64,000 nucleotides of DNA, from contig CM075988.1 of the NCBI GenBank assembly GCA_038087875.1, positions 620,001-684,000 of the forward strand, in the 5' to 3' direction. The notes beneath the pieces are model-generated. The model saw only the letters and a program-made list of their open reading frames with translations. It was not told where the DNA came from and ran no database searches. The position numbers and the translations under genes are program-made. Each line of letters opens with the position of its first letter. Position 1 is the first letter of the stretch. Source of the stretch: Malacoraja senta. Lineage: Eukaryota. Of the stretch, positions 61,800-64,000 are shown piece after piece.

Positions 61800-64000
61800 T
61801 TACCTACAAGCAGTCTCTGCCAATCCTTTTCAAGTTCCTGTCTAATACTATCAAAATGATCCCTGCCCAATAGGGGACTTGTGAACCAGTCCTATCTTTT
61901 TCCATAACTAATTTAAAACTAATGCAATTATAGTGACTGGTCCCAAAGTGCTCCCCCACTGACAATTCAGCCATTTGCCATCTACTTTCCCCAAGAGGAG
62001 GTCCAGTGTTGTCCCCTTCCAGGTCGGTCCATCTACACACTGCTTGAGAAAACTTTCCTGGACATAATCTGTCCCATCTAATCCCTCAGCACTGTATCTA
62101 TCCAAGCTTTCCCAGAATGGATAACCTCACATTTCCCTTGAACTGCCACAGCATAGATACACTAAATTGTTTTTTCAGATGCAAGGCTGAGATTGAACAA
62201 ATAAACCCCATCGCATTGGAATATAGAAGAGCGAGAATTGGTTTCATTGTGATGTACAAGCCTCTATGATTGAGAGATTGAGTTGATGCCAAGTCCCTGC
62301 TTCCTCAGGTCGGAGTGTCTGAGAGTTGGAGTAGTGCACAAACTCTGTGTAAGAGATCGGCCTTTCCGAGAGGGAGTCATTGAGCCATTGGCAAGTAGAT
62401 TAATCATTAGAACTAGAGGATATTGTTGATGATGTATTAGAAGTGGTTAGATTTGAACAGTGTCAAGTTTGGGCCAAATGTCTTGTCTTTGGTCATATTT
62501 ATCAGGCAGGAGGTACATGCTCGCTTTTATGTTCTTTCATGTTTTACGTGATTTACTGGAGATCTGTGACCTGCGGAGTTCCTCTGGGACTTCCATTGTT
62601 TAGGAGTTATACAAAAGACTTGGACATACTGTAATTACCGGTGGATTGCTGGTCGGTTTGCATTTGACACCTAGATTGGGGAGTTGTAGATAATGCGGAA
62701 AGTTCTCAAAGATCAGCTACAGAAACGGGTGGATATATGGCTGATGGAGTTTGATCAAAGTTATTGTGAATGGTTGCACTTTGGGAGATCGAACGTAAGG
62801 GTAACGTATACAATTAATAGCAAGATCCTTAATAGCACTGATGTGCAGAGGGATCTTGGAGTCCAAATCCATAGCTCCATGGAATTGACAACACAAGTAG
62901 ATAGAGTTGTAAAAGGTGGTGTGGTTGCCTTCCTTGGTTGGAGCATTGATGTGTTAGAAAGACCTGTAGCAGCATTACAGGAGCGGTTATTTGGAGTATT
63001 GAGTGCAGTTCTGGTTGCCCCATTACAGGAATGACATAGAGGCTTTAGAGAAGGTGCTGGAGGTTTACCACAATGCCTGGATTAGACGGTTTCAGCTACA
63101 GGGAGAGGTTGGACTGACTTGGATTGTTTTCGCTAGAGCGTTGGAAGCTGAGGGGAGGCCCAATAGAAGTATATAAATTATGAGAGGCATTGACAGAGTA
63201 GACAGGAAGAACCTTTCTCCCACAGTGGAAATGTTAAAGACCAGAGAGCATAGTTTTAAGTTGGGAGGAACAAGTTTATACACAGAGACTGGTGGGTGCC
63301 TGGAATGTGTTGCCATGGATGATGGTGGAGGCAAAAGCCATAGTGCCATTTTAGATGCTTGTGGATAGGCACATGGATAGGTAAGAAGCTGAGGCATATG
63401 GATCACGTGCAGGGGGAGGAGGGTTGGTTAACTTGGCATTATGTTCAGCACAGACGCTCAAGCAAAGGGGCAACTATGGAGGAGCCAGGAGAAGTAGTGA
63501 GCACATGGCATGGATAATCCTCTTCTGTATTCGCTAAAGTGGAAGGTGCTGCAGTTGGAGAATTTGGTTGGATGGGAATGCGCTGGCAGTGAATTTCCAC
63601 AAGTTATCATTAAAAAAATATTATTTGGATTAAAGATCGGTTAATCCCTGGGTTCTGACAGAGATACTTAGAGATCTAATCTTTACTTGCCCAAATGGGT
63701 TCCAGATGACAGGAAAACAACAAATATGTTGGCTTTGTCCACAAAGGGCACATCAGGTATATTATATCAGACGAGCAGGTCTATGAATCCAATGTCACTG
63801 GTAGGGAAATTACTGGGAAAGGCCAGGATTCAAGTAGCTTTGAATAGGCAGGGTTTGAACAAAGATATTTCAGCATTGATTTGTTGATGGGGAGATCCTG
63901 TCTGACTAATTTAATTGAATGTTTTGAAATTTCAAAATATTTTTGATGAGGCCAGCATGGTAAGATTGAGCAAGACTTGAGTAAGATTTTGACGAGGTCC
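61800..64000. mobile_element. Several old, degraded CR1 fragments (61800-62100 minus; 62190-62330, 62560-63460 and 63690-64000 plus)
   Basis: Recognisable APE/RT remnants such as VQRDLGVQIHSS and MRGIDRVD. Confidence 0.7.

Noticed and set aside
62175..62330. Acceptor followed by an exon-like frame
   Set aside because: Translates as a decayed CR1 RT C-terminus (LEYRRAR..MYK).

Overview
Eukaryotic, vertebrate-type DNA dominated by transposable elements. The mix of CR1 LINEs, V-SINE/HE1-like SINEs, Penelope, DIRS and L1 suggests a cartilaginous fish such as a skate or ray (inference). One intact host gene is visible: a four-exon survivin (BIRC5-family) gene on the minus strand (19037->8983, 146 aa). 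It most resembles the maternal birc5.1/birc5b-type paralog, and a same-strand Gypsy LTR sits 125 bp upstream of its ATG. The other elements are: a complete Gmr1-type Gypsy element (integrase before RT, tRNA-Pro PBS); a structurally complete but mutated DIRS1 element with ITRs and ICR; a roughly 20 kb nest (SINE > LINE tail > L1 > CR1 > CR1/DIRS > small inserts); a second CR1 nest; a hAT-like element; a TIR element with a 9-bp TSD; and three related non-autonomous Helitrons. The Helitrons share their termini but carry different GC-rich cargo. One carries an orphan HtrA2-like exon end with its splice donor, which points to Helitron-mediated host-exon capture and is the most interesting signal in the window. 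No prokaryotic systems, CRISPR arrays or true RNA genes were seen. All protein-family calls come from motif recognition; no database searches were run.
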